Assembly (NCBI GenBank): GCA_045125895.1
Contig: JBGVNT010000007.1
Span: 2,934-66,933 of the forward strand
Reading direction: 5' to 3'
DNA: 64,000 bases
Source of the DNA: Alistipes sp.
GTDB taxonomy: Bacteria; Bacteroidota; Bacteroidia; Bacteroidales; Rikenellaceae
A program made the translations under genes and the position numbers. Below, in pieces: positions 9,567 to 19,172 of the stretch. Position 1 is the first letter of the stretch. The number at the start of each line of letters is the position of its first letter. Under the pieces are notes generated by a model. That model was not told where the DNA came from. It was given only the letters and a program-made list of their open reading frames with translations, and ran no database searches.

Positions 9567-11086
9567 TGTTTAAAGGCTTAAAAATAGTGTTTTTAGGGGT
9601 TTTGACCCTGCTTGGGGGTGTGGATGCCATGGCTCAGGAGGTGATGGTGAGAATCCCCGAATTGGCCGATAATAAGGTGTATGTCGACTTGCTGCGTCGC
9701 GATGTCGGACTGACAAGCAGAGGCGATTCGCTGTCGAATGTGGTGAATGGTTTGCGCCGCGATATGCGCGATATGGTCGAGATGCGTGATTCGTTGGCTT
9801 ATAGGGGTATAGATTCGTTATCTAAGGTGATGCACGAGGTTGAGCGCGAGATGTTGGCACTGCGTCGCGAGAAGATGGCGTTGGTGGATAAAATCCATGC
9901 CATCGAGCAGGAGCGTGTGCTGTCGAACATAGCCAATGTAGCTTTGGTGCAGAGCCAGGCATCGGGCTCGATATTCGACAATAGCTATTTCCGCGAGAGC
10001 CTCTTCGAGGAGGATTACCAGGTGCTGATAGATGTGCATAAGCGCGAGGCGGAGGCTGAGGGCTATGCCAAGCAGTATGTGGCCAATTACGATAAGATTA
10101 AATCGCTGTACGAGCGCTACTTAAAGGCGTCAACCGAGGCTGAGGCCGAGGATATTTATGCCTCGATAGCTGCGGTGCAGGATGAGAATATAGTGGTCGA
10201 GCGTCGATTGTCGAAGCTGTGGGCCGAGATTTTCGACCAAAAGACCTATGTCTACTCCTATTTCCTGGAAAAAGAGGGGCGTGAGGATATTCTGGAGCTC
10301 ACCGAGGGGCTTACTTCGGAGGCGCGACAGCAGCAAATGATGCTTATCGACAACTGCTCGTCGGAGGCTTTGGCCGATTACTGCCTGCAAAAGCCTGTGG
10401 TGCTGAACTATGAGGTGTGTGTGGCTAAGTTGCTTAATATGCCTCATGTTATTGACTCGCTGTCGACCGTTACTCGCTTGGTGCTGCAAATCGACTATCG
10501 CTTGCCGGTGATGGATATTGAGCGTCGCTCGTTTGTCGATTATGACCCCATAGAGTTCCGCTCGCGTACGCCTTACAGCTCGTCGAATCCTGTGCCGGAA
10601 TGTGTGGTGTATGAGTATGGTACGATATATCGTATTTTGTTGGGTACTTACAAATTACCACAAGCTACCTCAATCTTTCGTGGAGCTGTACCCTTGTTTG
10701 TCGAGAAGGAGCAGGATGGGCGTTACAGCTATTATGCGGGAGGTCTGCGCACGCGTGCCGAGGCCGAGGCTGCTGTGGCTGCGATGATGAAGAAAGGCTT
10801 TCGCAATCCGCGCATCATCGAGTGGTGCGACGGTCGGAAGACTAACCTCTCGGAGGCGGGCGTGACGGGCGCTGTGTCGTATCGCCTGATTATCAAGGGT
10901 GGCGTGTTGGATGAGATGGTGCATGATGTTATTGCGACAATGGCCAGGGGTTGCCAGGTGTCAAGGCTCGCGGATGATACTTTCGTGGTGGGAATGTTTG
11001 AGAGTGAGGCCGTTGCGCAGCGTGTGGCAAATGCGGTGAAGAAGTGCGACGAGAGCCTCTCGGTCGAGGTGTCGAGGTTGGAGTAA
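9563..11086 (+). CDS. Secreted coiled-coil protein with probable C-terminal SPOR-like domain
   Basis: ATGA overlap with trkH stop, signal peptide, YRILLG...YYAG...AEA...KKGF pattern. Confidence 0.6.
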   Translation: MMFKGLKIVFLGVLTLLGGVDAMAQEVMVRIPELADNKVYVDLLRRDVGLTSRGDSLSNVVNGLRRDMRDMVEMRDSLAYRGIDSLSKVMHEVEREMLALRREKMALVDKIHAIEQERVLSNIANVALVQSQASGSIFDNSYFRESLFEEDYQVLIDVHKREAEAEGYAKQYVANYDKIKSLYERYLKASTEAEAEDIYASIAAVQDENIVVERRLSKLWAEIFDQKTYVYSYFLEKEGREDILELTEGLTSEARQQQMMLIDNCSSEALADYCLQKPVVLNYEVCVAKLLNMPHVIDSLSTVTRLVLQIDYRLPVMDIERRSFVDYDPIEFRSRTPYSSSNPVPECVVYEYGTIYRILLGTYKLPQATSIFRGAVPLFVEKEQDGRYSYYAGGLRTRAEAEAAVAAMMKKGFRNPRIIEWCDGRKTNLSEAGVTGAVSYRLIIKGGVLDEMVHDVIATMARGCQVSRLADDTFVVGMFESEAVAQRVANAVKKCDESLSVEVSRLE

Positions 11087-11130
11087 AGAGAGAGGAAAGA
11101 GGAAAGAGGAAAGAGGAAAGAGCAAAGATA
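11087..11130 (+). repeat. Heptamer tandem (AAAGANN)n
   Basis: AAAGAGG x3, AAAGAGC, AAAGATA; the family recurs at 13179-13213, 28581-28620, 35893-35931, 36155-36187 and 37347-37390. Confidence 0.75.
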
Positions 11131-11131
11131 A

Positions 11132-11215
11132 GGGGTTTAATGAATTTAAGGAGTTTAGCGCTGACGCGAAAAAACTTAGGTGCAGCCCTAACCCTAAGTT
11201 CCCTAAATTTATTAA
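11132..11215. repeat. Inverted nonamer tandem element
   Basis: GGGGTTTAA TGAATTTAA GGAGTTTAG CGCT followed by inverted CCTAAGTTCCCTAAATT. Confidence 0.6.
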
Positions 11216-11265
11216 AAAATGAATTTTGAACCGACGCCAAACCGAGGGCAATCAAACTTATTTGA

Positions 11266-11320
11266 ATTGCCGAGGTGCGAAGGAGGAAAAGCCGACTTTA
11301 TGTCGGGTTAATTTTGAATT
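11266..11320 (+). repeat. Dispersed palindromic repeat with second copy at ~36211-36263 (- strand)
   Basis: TTGCCGAG..GAAG..GGAAAAGCCGACTT..TGTCGGGTTAA matches the reverse complement of 36221-36263. Confidence 0.6.
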
Positions 11321-11329
11321 ATACCGCCT

Positions 11330-11791
11330 ATGGGACTTATTATTGAACTTTTGATTTTGGGAGCCTTCTTCTTGGTTGCGGAGTTGGTGTTCCTGCCGGG
11401 AGTGACTCTTGGCGCAATTTTGTCGCTCGTGAGCTATGGCGTAGCCGTATATTTCGGCTTCGAGCGATTTGGATTTGTTGGTGGCATGCTCACGCTTGTC
11501 GCTGCGGTGGCTTTGGCACTGATAGTGACGGTGTTATCGCTCAGGGCGAAGACCTGGCAACGCTTGGCTTTGCACAATAAGGTTACGGGTGAGAGCAACG
11601 AGCGAGCAGAGGCTACGCTTGCTGTGGGTACTCGTGGTGTGGCACTTTCGCGCCTCTCGCCTATGGGTAAGATTGAGGTCGAGGGCAGAGTTTATGAGGC
11701 TAAATCTACCGATGTCTATATCGACCAGCGTAGCGAGGTCGAGGTCGTGGGCTTCGAGAATTTTACCGCCATTGTGCGCCGTGTAGAGTAG
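11330..11791 (+). CDS. NfeD family protein
   Basis: Three TM helices plus OB-fold motif LSRLSPMGKIEV..YEAKS; adjacent to floA. Confidence 0.85.
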   Translation: MGLIIELLILGAFFLVAELVFLPGVTLGAILSLVSYGVAVYFGFERFGFVGGMLTLVAAVALALIVTVLSLRAKTWQRLALHNKVTGESNERAEATLAVGTRGVALSRLSPMGKIEVEGRVYEAKSTDVYIDQRSEVEVVGFENFTAIVRRVE

Positions 11792-11852
11792 CTGATGGTG
11801 CTCTTGCTGTGGTTTATATAAAACGATGTAAAAACCTAAAAACTATACAGAT

Positions 11853-12824
11853 ATGATTATGAACGATTTTTTGATTCTTATTGCGGGCGTATTGCTCTTT
11901 ATTGCCATCTGGGTGTTCTTCTATTATATTCCGGTTGGCTTGTGGTTCTCGGCCTTGGTTTCGGGCGTGAGAATCAACCTCTTACAGCTCTTCCTGATGC
12001 GCTGGCGCAGGGTTCCGCCTTCAATTATCGTGTCGTCGATGATTGAGGGTACAAAGGCGGGTCTTTCGCTCGATTCCAACGAGTTGGAGGCACACTTCTT
12101 GGCCGGAGGTAATGTTACGAATGTGGTGCACGCCCTGGTGTCGGCGCAAAAGGCGAACATCAACCTCGATTTCAAGATGGCTACGGCTATCGACTTGGCG
12201 GGTAGAGATGTGTTTGAGGCGGTGCAAATGTCTGTAAATCCGAAAGTTATCAATACCCCACCCGTGGCTGCTGTGGCTAAGGATGGTATCCAGCTTATCG
12301 CCAAGGCGCGTGTTACGGTGCGTGCCAACATCAAGCAGTTGGTCGGCGGTGCCGGTGAGGAGACCGTGCTGGCGCGTGTCGGCGAGGGTATCGTGTCGTC
12401 GATTGGCTCGGCTGTGTCACATAAGGTTGTGCTGGAGAATCCCGACTCTATCTCGCGCGTGGTGCTTGAGAAGGGCTTGGATGCAGGTACGGCGTTTGAG
12501 ATTTTGTCGATTGATATTGCCGACATAGATGTGGGCAAGAATATCGGTGCGCAGTTGCAGATGGACCAGGCGGATGCCGATAAGAATATCGCGCAGGCGA
12601 AGGCCGAGGAGCGTCGCGCTATGGCTGTGGCGCTGGAGCAGGAGAACCGCGCAAAGGCTCAGGATGCGCGCGCAAAGGTTATTTTGGCGGAGGCAGAGGT
12701 GCCCTTGGCTATGGCTGAGGCGTTCCGTAGCGGCAATTTGGGTATTATGGACTATTACAAGATGAAGAACATTATGGCCGATACCCAGATGCGTGACGCA
12801 ATCTCAAAGACGGATAAGAAGTAG
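11853..12824 (+). CDS. floA: Flotillin-like protein FloA (YqfA)
   Basis: [45 protein letters not shown]. Confidence 0.92.
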   Translation: MIMNDFLILIAGVLLFIAIWVFFYYIPVGLWFSALVSGVRINLLQLFLMRWRRVPPSIIVSSMIEGTKAGLSLDSNELEAHFLAGGNVTNVVHALVSAQKANINLDFKMATAIDLAGRDVFEAVQMSVNPKVINTPPVAAVAKDGIQLIAKARVTVRANIKQLVGGAGEETVLARVGEGIVSSIGSAVSHKVVLENPDSISRVVLEKGLDAGTAFEILSIDIADIDVGKNIGAQLQMDQADADKNIAQAKAEERRAMAVALEQENRAKAQDARAKVILAEAEVPLAMAEAFRSGNLGIMDYYKMKNIMADTQMRDAISKTDKK

Positions 12825-12831
12825 CCTCTGA

Positions 12832-12926
12832 AGGGGTCTTAAGGGGGTTCAGGAGTTTAAGGAGATTAAGGAGGTTGGGGTCTGAGCTATTTTTTGCTTC
12901 GGCGCTAACCTCCCTAAATTCCTTAT
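12832..12926. repeat. Inverted nonamer tandem element
   Basis: AGGAGTTTA AGGAGATTA AGGAGGTTG ... GCGCTAACCTCCCTAAATTCCTTA. Confidence 0.6.
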
Positions 12927-12967
12927 CCACCCAAACATAAAATGTAACAATGTAACTCAAAACATGG

Positions 12968-13173
12968 CGTCATGCCACAATTACTGCACAACTCGAGTGT
13001 ACAGATACGCAGTAGTATATCTGCAGTAATTGAATGGAATCGACTGCTTATTTTGACCTTGCTACCAAGTTCGTACTTGCGAGGCAGTATTCCCAAAGGT
13101 AGATGCCAATCATTAGCGCAATGTTAGGTTATTGGTATCTGTAAATCAACACTTTGCACTAATGTGGCATGAC
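12968..13173 (-). repeat. CGTC-tagged doublet palindromic element, copy A
   Basis: CGTCATGCCAC-stem-loop-stem-GAATGGAATCGAC, 54-nt spacer, inverted second half; spacer is the reverse complement of the spacers of copies B and D. Confidence 0.88.
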
Positions 13174-13218
13174 AATATTTTTATCTTTGCTCTTTCATCT
13201 TTCCTCTTTGCTCTCCCG

Positions 13219-13278
13219 GTTACAGAGTAACAGAGTAACAGGGGTGTTACTGTTGTTACTATTGTTACTTTTGTTACA
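13219..13278. repeat. Inverted (GTAACA)n/(TGTTAC)n array
   Basis: Three GT(T/A)ACA at 8-bp period, GGGG centre, four TGTTAC at 9-bp period; second copy at 15003-15052. Confidence 0.75.
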
Positions 13279-13294
13279 CAAAACTGATGTGCAT

Positions 13295-13328
13295 AAAAAA
13301 GGCGTACCTATTATTAATTAGATACGCC
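13295..13328 (-). terminator. Intrinsic terminator of the lipoprotein gene
   Basis: Minus strand GGCGTATCTA-loop-TAGGTACGCC-TTTTTT. Confidence 0.7.
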
Positions 13329-13358
13329 CAATTTATTATGTGTAGACCCTCTGCTACC

Positions 13359-14858
13359 CTACTCTCTGACGCAGCGCACCTGCATTGCGTTGGCGCGATA
13401 CATGGCCTTGCGGGGCTCGTAGTGGTTGTTTACGGCGCGGGTGTTGTTCAGGTCGAAGTACAACGAAAGCGCCTTAGAATCAGCCGAAACTGACTCCGCG
13501 GTCCAATAATATCCAATCCATGGCAGGGGTGACTCGTAGCCACCATAGTCGCTCATGTTGGTGAAGACGCCCGACTCGAAACTCTTGCGACCGGCTGCGG
13601 GCATAAACATCTCGACTCCCGACACCTTGTCGACCAAATTCCAGCCATAGCGTGCACGCATGTCGGCCGAAGCGGCTGCGTCCTCGTCGGTAGCAATGTC
13701 AAACACCTCAAAATCCTCGGCCTTAGGCAAGCGCCAGCCCTTGGGACATGGGTCGTAGAGGCTCTTTGTGTCGGCGCTCCACAGCTCGTTGTCGTGAGCC
13801 TCATAGAGCCAATCGTAGGCGTTATCCTTGTCGCCACGCACGAAAATCATGGGGTTTTCGATGGCAAATGCCATGCTTCCCACCTCGTCGTAGTTGCCCG
13901 TGTCGGCATACTTGAAGCGCAAGGTGGTGTTGGTGCCCGAATAGACCGTTTTGTCGCTATTGTTGCTGAAAGCATAGTCGTAGGGGCGATAGAACGGGTC
14001 TTTACGGCCCCACTGGTAGTACATTCCATAGCCGTTGTAGATGTCGTCGCCACTGGTCGAACCCTTGGGGTCGGCGTAAGCTCCGAGGTTGCGGTTCATG
14101 AACTCCACGCCGTTGGATGCGACGATGGAACCCTCGCCCAAGGCTGTCTGGGTCGACCACACATGCCAGCTCCAGATAATTTTGTCGTTGGCGTCGTAGG
14201 CCGCAATTACGGCATTCGAGGCGGGTATGCGGGTGGCTACGACATTGCCGCTATCATCCTTAACCTCTTCATTTCCAATGAAGAATGTAAAGGTTTTATT
14301 CTGGGGCTCGTAGCCATAGAACTGAATGAAACTCTTTGCGCTCTGCCACAAAAGGTCCACGCGTGCAGGTGTTATAAGTTGGTCACTCTCGCCCTTGTGG
14401 CTCACATCAATCGTGTAACGCGTGTCTTTCTGCGTTATGGCATAGCTGTTCGAGGGCTCGGCTGTGAGGTCTATCTCGTGGTTGAGCAACGAGAGGTAGG
14501 AACTCGCCGACACGCTTGTACCTGCGGCTGTGTAGCCCGTAAGTTTCAGCGTACCGTTCTCTACTACGGAGCCGTCTTCCGAAGAGTATTTTGCTGGTGC
14601 TTTGATAGTTACGACCCAGTTCTTCATGTCGATATTCTCAACGCTCCAGCCCTTGGGAGTCGAGCTCACCGACACCGAGGTGATGTTGCGAGCCGTGAAA
14701 GGCATGGTAGTCGTAGCACCCGGCTCGGCGACGATGCTACCCGGGATGTTGAACTCGAAATCGTAAACCTCATCCTCGCCCTTACACGACGAAAGTGCTG
14801 CAACACAGAGGGTTGCACTTGCTAAGATGTAAAAAACGCTTTTGAAAAGAGTTTTCAT
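13359..14858 (-). CDS. Surface lipoprotein with FISUMP/Fib_succ_major-like C-terminal domain
   Basis: Lipobox ALSSC; MNRNLGA, YYQWGRKDPF, DPCPKGWRLP, PAAG, YYWT and VRCVRE motifs. Confidence 0.8.
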   Translation of the reverse strand: MKTLFKSVFYILASATLCVAALSSCKGEDEVYDFEFNIPGSIVAEPGATTTMPFTARNITSVSVSSTPKGWSVENIDMKNWVVTIKAPAKYSSEDGSVVENGTLKLTGYTAAGTSVSASSYLSLLNHEIDLTAEPSNSYAITQKDTRYTIDVSHKGESDQLITPARVDLLWQSAKSFIQFYGYEPQNKTFTFFIGNEEVKDDSGNVVATRIPASNAVIAAYDANDKIIWSWHVWSTQTALGEGSIVASNGVEFMNRNLGAYADPKGSTSGDDIYNGYGMYYQWGRKDPFYRPYDYAFSNNSDKTVYSGTNTTLRFKYADTGNYDEVGSMAFAIENPMIFVRGDKDNAYDWLYEAHDNELWSADTKSLYDPCPKGWRLPKAEDFEVFDIATDEDAAASADMRARYGWNLVDKVSGVEMFMPAAGRKSFESGVFTNMSDYGGYESPLPWIGYYWTAESVSADSKALSLYFDLNNTRAVNNHYEPRKAMYRANAMQVRCVRE

Positions 14859-14895
14859 ATTGTATACCATAATCAATTATCGAACAAAATATCTG

Positions 14896-14903
14896 CAAAT
14901 ATA
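14896..14903 (-). promoter_or_regulatory. Bacteroidetes -7 promoter element (TATATTTG)
   Basis: CAAATATA on + strand upstream of the lipoprotein gene. Confidence 0.55.
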
Positions 14904-15002
14904 TCAAAAACTTGCGACATAGCGGCACGAAAACCGAAAATAATTTCAAAAAAGCAGATGTCGCACACTTATAACGGCACGCCTCGTGAAATATTGCATG
15001 CG

Positions 15003-15095
15003 CTAACAATGTAACAGTGTAACAAGGGTGTTACTTTTGTTACATTGTTACATTTTCATGTTAGGGAGTTTAGGGAGATTAGAGAATTTAACGCT
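15003..15095. repeat. GTAACA/TGTTAC inverted array followed by nonamer tandem
   Basis: CTAACA GTAACA GTAACA AGGG TGTTAC x3; then TTAGGGAGT TTAGGGAGA TTAGAGAAT TTAACGCT. Confidence 0.7.
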
Positions 15096-15118
15096 GCCGC
15101 TTACTTTGAATTCTCTTT

Positions 15119-15580
15119 TTACAACATCGCATTCACCCCTTGCAGGGCCATGATTATCAGCAGATAACGCAGGGCCTTGCCTATGCACATTGTGATGGTC
15201 GTAAGCGTGAGATTGCTGCGCAAAAAACCCAACATGACGATTATGGCCTCGCCCACCCAGGGCAGAACGCCAAAGAAACCCATCCACGCGCCATAGCGCC
15301 TGACAAAGCCCGACGCCTTGTCCAACTTCGCTTTGTCGACCTTCAGCCAGCGCTCAATCCACTCGGGGTTACCCAACCAGCCGAGCCAATAGCAAACCAG
15401 ACCTCCCAAGGTGTTGCCTATGGTGGCCGAAATTAGGCATAACCACGGGTCGGCACCCATCTGCACCAAGATGGTTATCACCACCTCGGAGCTGAACGGC
15501 AGGATGCTTCCCGCAGCAAATGCCGCTATAAACAGACCGATATATCCCCAATCGACGAGAAATTGTACTATTGTGTCCAT
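15119..15580 (-). CDS. YqaA/DedA (VTT) family membrane protein
   Basis: GLFIAAFAAGSILPFSSEV, GNTLG, GKALRY. Confidence 0.85.
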   Translation of the reverse strand: MDTIVQFLVDWGYIGLFIAAFAAGSILPFSSEVVITILVQMGADPWLCLISATIGNTLGGLVCYWLGWLGNPEWIERWLKVDKAKLDKASGFVRRYGAWMGFFGVLPWVGEAIIVMLGFLRSNLTLTTITMCIGKALRYLLIIMALQGVNAML

Positions 15581-15756
15581 AATCTTGAAAAACCTATGCA
15601 AAAATAGTAATATTTTCATCTTAAACCTACCCTTTTTTAGTATATTTGCAGCCGACCTGCGGCATGAAAGTGGCCTTGAGTGCGGAAATGAGGGATTGTC
15701 GAGGTCGTGGTTAGGTTAAAGTTGCATCGTAAATAGATGCCTATAAATTTTTGGTT

Positions 15757-18700
15757 ATGAAACGATTACTTATATTAATATTTGCTCTGCTGAGCCTTGA
15801 TGCTGTGGCGCAGATTACCACAGCTTCGTTGCGTGGTGTGGTGCAGAGCGAGGCGGGAGAGAGTCTGGCCGGAGCAACCATCCTGCTTAGGCAGACCGAA
15901 ACGGGCGTTGTCTACTCTGCGGTTGCCGACAAGTCGGGTCGCTTTGCTATTCACGGCGTGCGCCCTGATGACGGCTATGTGCTTGTGGTTGAATATCTTG
16001 GCTATGACAGCTCGCGCCGCGAAAACCTTGTTCTCCACTTGGGCGAGGTCCACAACGAGCGCATTGTGCTTAACGAGAGCCTCACTTCTGTGGGTGAGGT
16101 GGTTGTGGAGTCGTCACCTCGCAAGATGTCGGGCGTGGCAACCGACTTTGATGAACTATCTATCACTGCGCTGCCTACCGTGTCGCGTTCGCTGTATGAT
16201 GTGGTGCGCCTTACGCCTCAGGCCGTGGCGACCAAGACGGGAGGCATGTCATACGGAGGTGTAGCTAATCGCTATAACACATTCAGAGTCAATGGTGTTG
16301 CCAATAACGATATGTATGGTCTGTCGTCGTCGGGAACCAATGGAGGCTTGTCGAATGCTAACCCCGTATCGTTGGATGCCATCGAGCAAATCGAGGTGTC
16401 GGTAGCACCTTTCGATGTGCGTATGAGTGGCTTTGGCGGCGGCGAGATAAATGCCATTACCAAGTCGGGCACCAACGCCTTTAAGGGCAGCGCCTATACC
16501 TATTATAATAATCAAGACTTCTATGGCACTACCGCAGGCAGGCATGTCGCGCAGCGTGAGAAGTTGGAGCAGCAGACTACCCAAATCTATGGCTTTACGC
16601 TGGGTGGCCCGATAGTTAAAGATAAGCTCTTTTTCTTTGTCAGTGGCGAATATAACCGCGAACTCTCGCCCTCGTCGTTCTATGAGGGTTTCGCGGCTGC
16701 AAGGCTCGACAGCGAGGAATTAAGGCGTATTTCGGCTCGTTACGAGGCTTTGACGGGTTATGGCGGCGGTTCTACTTCGCGCCGCGATGTCGAGCAGCGT
16801 TCATTGTCGCTTTTGGCGTCGATGGATTGGCACATAAATTCGCGCAATCACCTCTCGTTGAGTTACAGTTGGCTCGATGCGCGTGCCGAGGAGTATGCCA
16901 ACTCACTCACTTCGTTTACCTTCTGCGGCTCGGGATATGCCAATTACAGCACTGCGCACCATATTGCGGCAACGCTTAATTTGCAGCTCTCGGAGCGTCT
17001 GCATAATACGCTGCGCGTGGGCTATTCGCGTGTGGGCGATGGCCGCGAGAGCGATATGAAAGGTCACTACCCCAGCGTTATAATCAAAAATACGGGCTTG
17101 GACGGTAATGTGACCGTAAACATAGGAAACAACCGCTATGCGGGTATTAATGCCCTGAAGCAGAATGTCGTAACTCTCTCGGATGATGTGGTTTGGGAGT
17201 CGGGTGCCCACTCCTTTACATTGGGTATGCACCACGAGTTCTATGATATTCACAACCGCTATATAGCCAATTCGTTTGGTACTTACACCTACAATTCGGT
17301 TGCCGACTTCGAGCAGGATAAGGCCGCGATTTACGAGTATAACTACACCGACGAGAAGATTGCCGGTACAAAGACATGGGGACCCCGATTCCGTGCTGCC
17401 GAACTAAATCTCTATGTGCAGGATAATTGGGATTTGGGCGAGGATGTGGTGCTAACCTATGGCGTGAGGGCTACCCTGCCGCTGATTTTCAATACTCCGA
17501 CTCCGAATGAGGAGTTTAATGCGGGTGATATAGCCCGCAAACATGGCGTTCGCATTGGCGATGTTCCGCGTGCGCATCTGCTCCTCTCGCCGCGTGTGGG
17601 CGTTAGCTGGCATCGCGACTATGCGGCGGGCCGCCTCAATGTGGAGGGTGGCGTTGGCCTCTTTACGGGTCAGATACCCTTTGTGTGGGTTGTGAACAAC
17701 TATTCGAATACGGGAGTCGAGCAGAAGGGTGTGCGCCTGACGGGCGAGGAGGCCGATAAGGTCGATTTTGTGACCATACCCCGACCTACCGATATTTCTA
17801 ACACCAGCTTTATGCTCAATGCCATGGATGATGAGTTCCGTTATCCTCAAAACCTTAAGGCGAGTGCTGTGGGTGAATTTACATGGCGAAATGGGTGGTC
17901 GGTGCGTGCTGAGGCTCTGTATACCAAAGTGTTGCATGGTGTGAGGTTTAGGAACTTGGCAGTTGAGCGTACGGGTAAGAATGTGCTGGCTGTGCCTATG
18001 TTGTCGGGCTGGCATGTTGTGGGCGAGTACCCCACTTTTGAGCGCGTTACAAGCGATTATTCGGCGATTTACTACATGCAAAACACCTCGAAGGGTTATT
18101 CCTACTCTTTGGCGGGAAGTGTGTCAAAACTCTTTAATTGGGGCTTGTCGGTGGCTGCATCATATGCCTATTCGAGGGCTTATGCGGTGTGTGATGTGCC
18201 CTCTACCTCCTCTTCGACCAATTGGTCGCGAGGCTATGGCATCGACCTGAATGCCGACGAGGTGGCCATTTCGGCTTACGATGTACCTCATAAACTCTCG
18301 GTTGTGGCAACCTATCGTAAGCGCTATGCGCCGTTGTTTGACGCTACGCTGTCGCTTGTGTATCAGCTGCAATCGGGGCAGCGCTACTCGCTGTGCTTGG
18401 GTGAAACGGTCGATTTCAATGGCGACGGAGTGTTTGGCTCTTCGCTGATGTATATACCCACCGAGGAGGAGCTCTCTGTGATGAAATTTGCGGATGGTGA
18501 CACCTCGCGCAAGAGGTTTGGTGATTATATCGCTCAGGATGACTATCTGAGTTCGCATCGTGGGCGTTTTGCCGAGCGTAATGCCATGCTTGCACCTATG
18601 GAGCATCGTCTGGATTTGCACCTTGCGCATGGCTTCTATTTTGGTCGACAAACCGAGCGTAAGATTGAGCTGTCGCTCGATGTGATGAATCTGGGTAATC

Positions 18701-18876
18701 TTATATGTCGCCATTGGGGCAGCTACTACAATATATCGGGCTGGCGTCATCAGCCTGTAAAGGTTGTCGGTGTGGAGGATAACGCCCTTGTTTACCAGTT
18801 CTCTTCGGCCGATATTCTGCCTTCGGATTTGCTCTCTCGCTGGCATATGCAGGTGGGCGTTCGCGTGGTGTTTTAG
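15757..18876 (+). CDS. TonB-dependent receptor (Oar-like, N-terminal carboxypeptidase-regulatory-like domain)
   Basis: Signal peptide, PVSLDAIEQIEVSVAPFDVR..GF.GG.INAITKSGTN plug motif, SPRVG, C-terminal Phe. Confidence 0.9.
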   Translation: MKRLLILIFALLSLDAVAQITTASLRGVVQSEAGESLAGATILLRQTETGVVYSAVADKSGRFAIHGVRPDDGYVLVVEYLGYDSSRRENLVLHLGEVHNERIVLNESLTSVGEVVVESSPRKMSGVATDFDELSITALPTVSRSLYDVVRLTPQAVATKTGGMSYGGVANRYNTFRVNGVANNDMYGLSSSGTNGGLSNANPVSLDAIEQIEVSVAPFDVRMSGFGGGEINAITKSGTNAFKGSAYTYYNNQDFYGTTAGRHVAQREKLEQQTTQIYGFTLGGPIVKDKLFFFVSGEYNRELSPSSFYEGFAAARLDSEELRRISARYEALTGYGGGSTSRRDVEQRSLSLLASMDWHINSRNHLSLSYSWLDARAEEYANSLTSFTFCGSGYANYSTAHHIAATLNLQLSERLHNTLRVGYSRVGDGRESDMKGHYPSVIIKNTGLDGNVTVNIGNNRYAGINALKQNVVTLSDDVVWESGAHSFTLGMHHEFYDIHNRYIANSFGTYTYNSVADFEQDKAAIYEYNYTDEKIAGTKTWGPRFRAAELNLYVQDNWDLGEDVVLTYGVRATLPLIFNTPTPNEEFNAGDIARKHGVRIGDVPRAHLLLSPRVGVSWHRDYAAGRLNVEGGVGLFTGQIPFVWVVNNYSNTGVEQKGVRLTGEEADKVDFVTIPRPTDISNTSFMLNAMDDEFRYPQNLKASAVGEFTWRNGWSVRAEALYTKVLHGVRFRNLAVERTGKNVLAVPMLSGWHVVGEYPTFERVTSDYSAIYYMQNTSKGYSYSLAGSVSKLFNWGLSVAASYAYSRAYAVCDVPSTSSSTNWSRGYGIDLNADEVAISAYDVPHKLSVVATYRKRYAPLFDATLSLVYQLQSGQRYSLCLGETVDFNGDGVFGSSLMYIPTEEELSVMKFADGDTSRKRFGDYIAQDDYLSSHRGRFAERNAMLAPMEHRLDLHLAHGFYFGRQTERKIELSLDVMNLGNLICRHWGSYYNISGWRHQPVKVVGVEDNALVYQFSSADILPSDLLSRWHMQVGVRVVF

Positions 18877-18947
18877 TGAGGCTTAGGCGGGTGAAAAATA
18901 TTTTGACAAAATAGGCTTAAAAAGAGTAATAATTGGAATTTTTTTTC

Positions 18948-18955
18948 TATCTTTG
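18948..18955 (+). promoter_or_regulatory. Promoter -7 element of the pyrC operon
   Basis: TATCTTTG consensus match. Confidence 0.65.
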
Positions 18956-18971
18956 CCCAAACTAAGGGTGT

Positions 18972-19121
18972 ATGACAGGAAAGGGATATAACTACTCACA
19001 AGTTGAGCGTTTGAGCGTGTTGCAATCGGCAGAGTGTCGAAAGTCACATTCTCAGCAGGTTAGCCCCTCTTGTTGTTGTGCTGTTTGTGTTAATTATTCT
19101 GTTACTGTTTATTTTTATTGA
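18972..19121 (+). CDS. Putative pyrimidine operon leader peptide (49 aa)
   Basis: ORF between promoter and terminator; its last 17 codons all end in T. Confidence 0.5.
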   Translation: MTGKGYNYSQVERLSVLQSAECRKSHSQQVSPSCCCAVCVNYSVTVYFY

Positions 19122-19127
19122 TATATT

Positions 19128-19152
19128 GGCGGCTGTTTTAGTCGCCTTTTTT
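19128..19152 (+). terminator. Attenuator-type terminator in the pyrC leader
   Basis: GGCGGCT-GTTTT-AGTCGCC-TTTTTT about 20 nt before pyrC. Confidence 0.7.
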
Positions 19153-19172
19153 GTAATTATAGGGTGAGTGCT

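Noticed and set aside
13359-13520. Diversity-generating retroelement target (C-terminal lectin-like region)
   Set aside because: No reverse transcriptase and no adenine-variant template repeat seen in the window; a remote DGR cannot be excluded.
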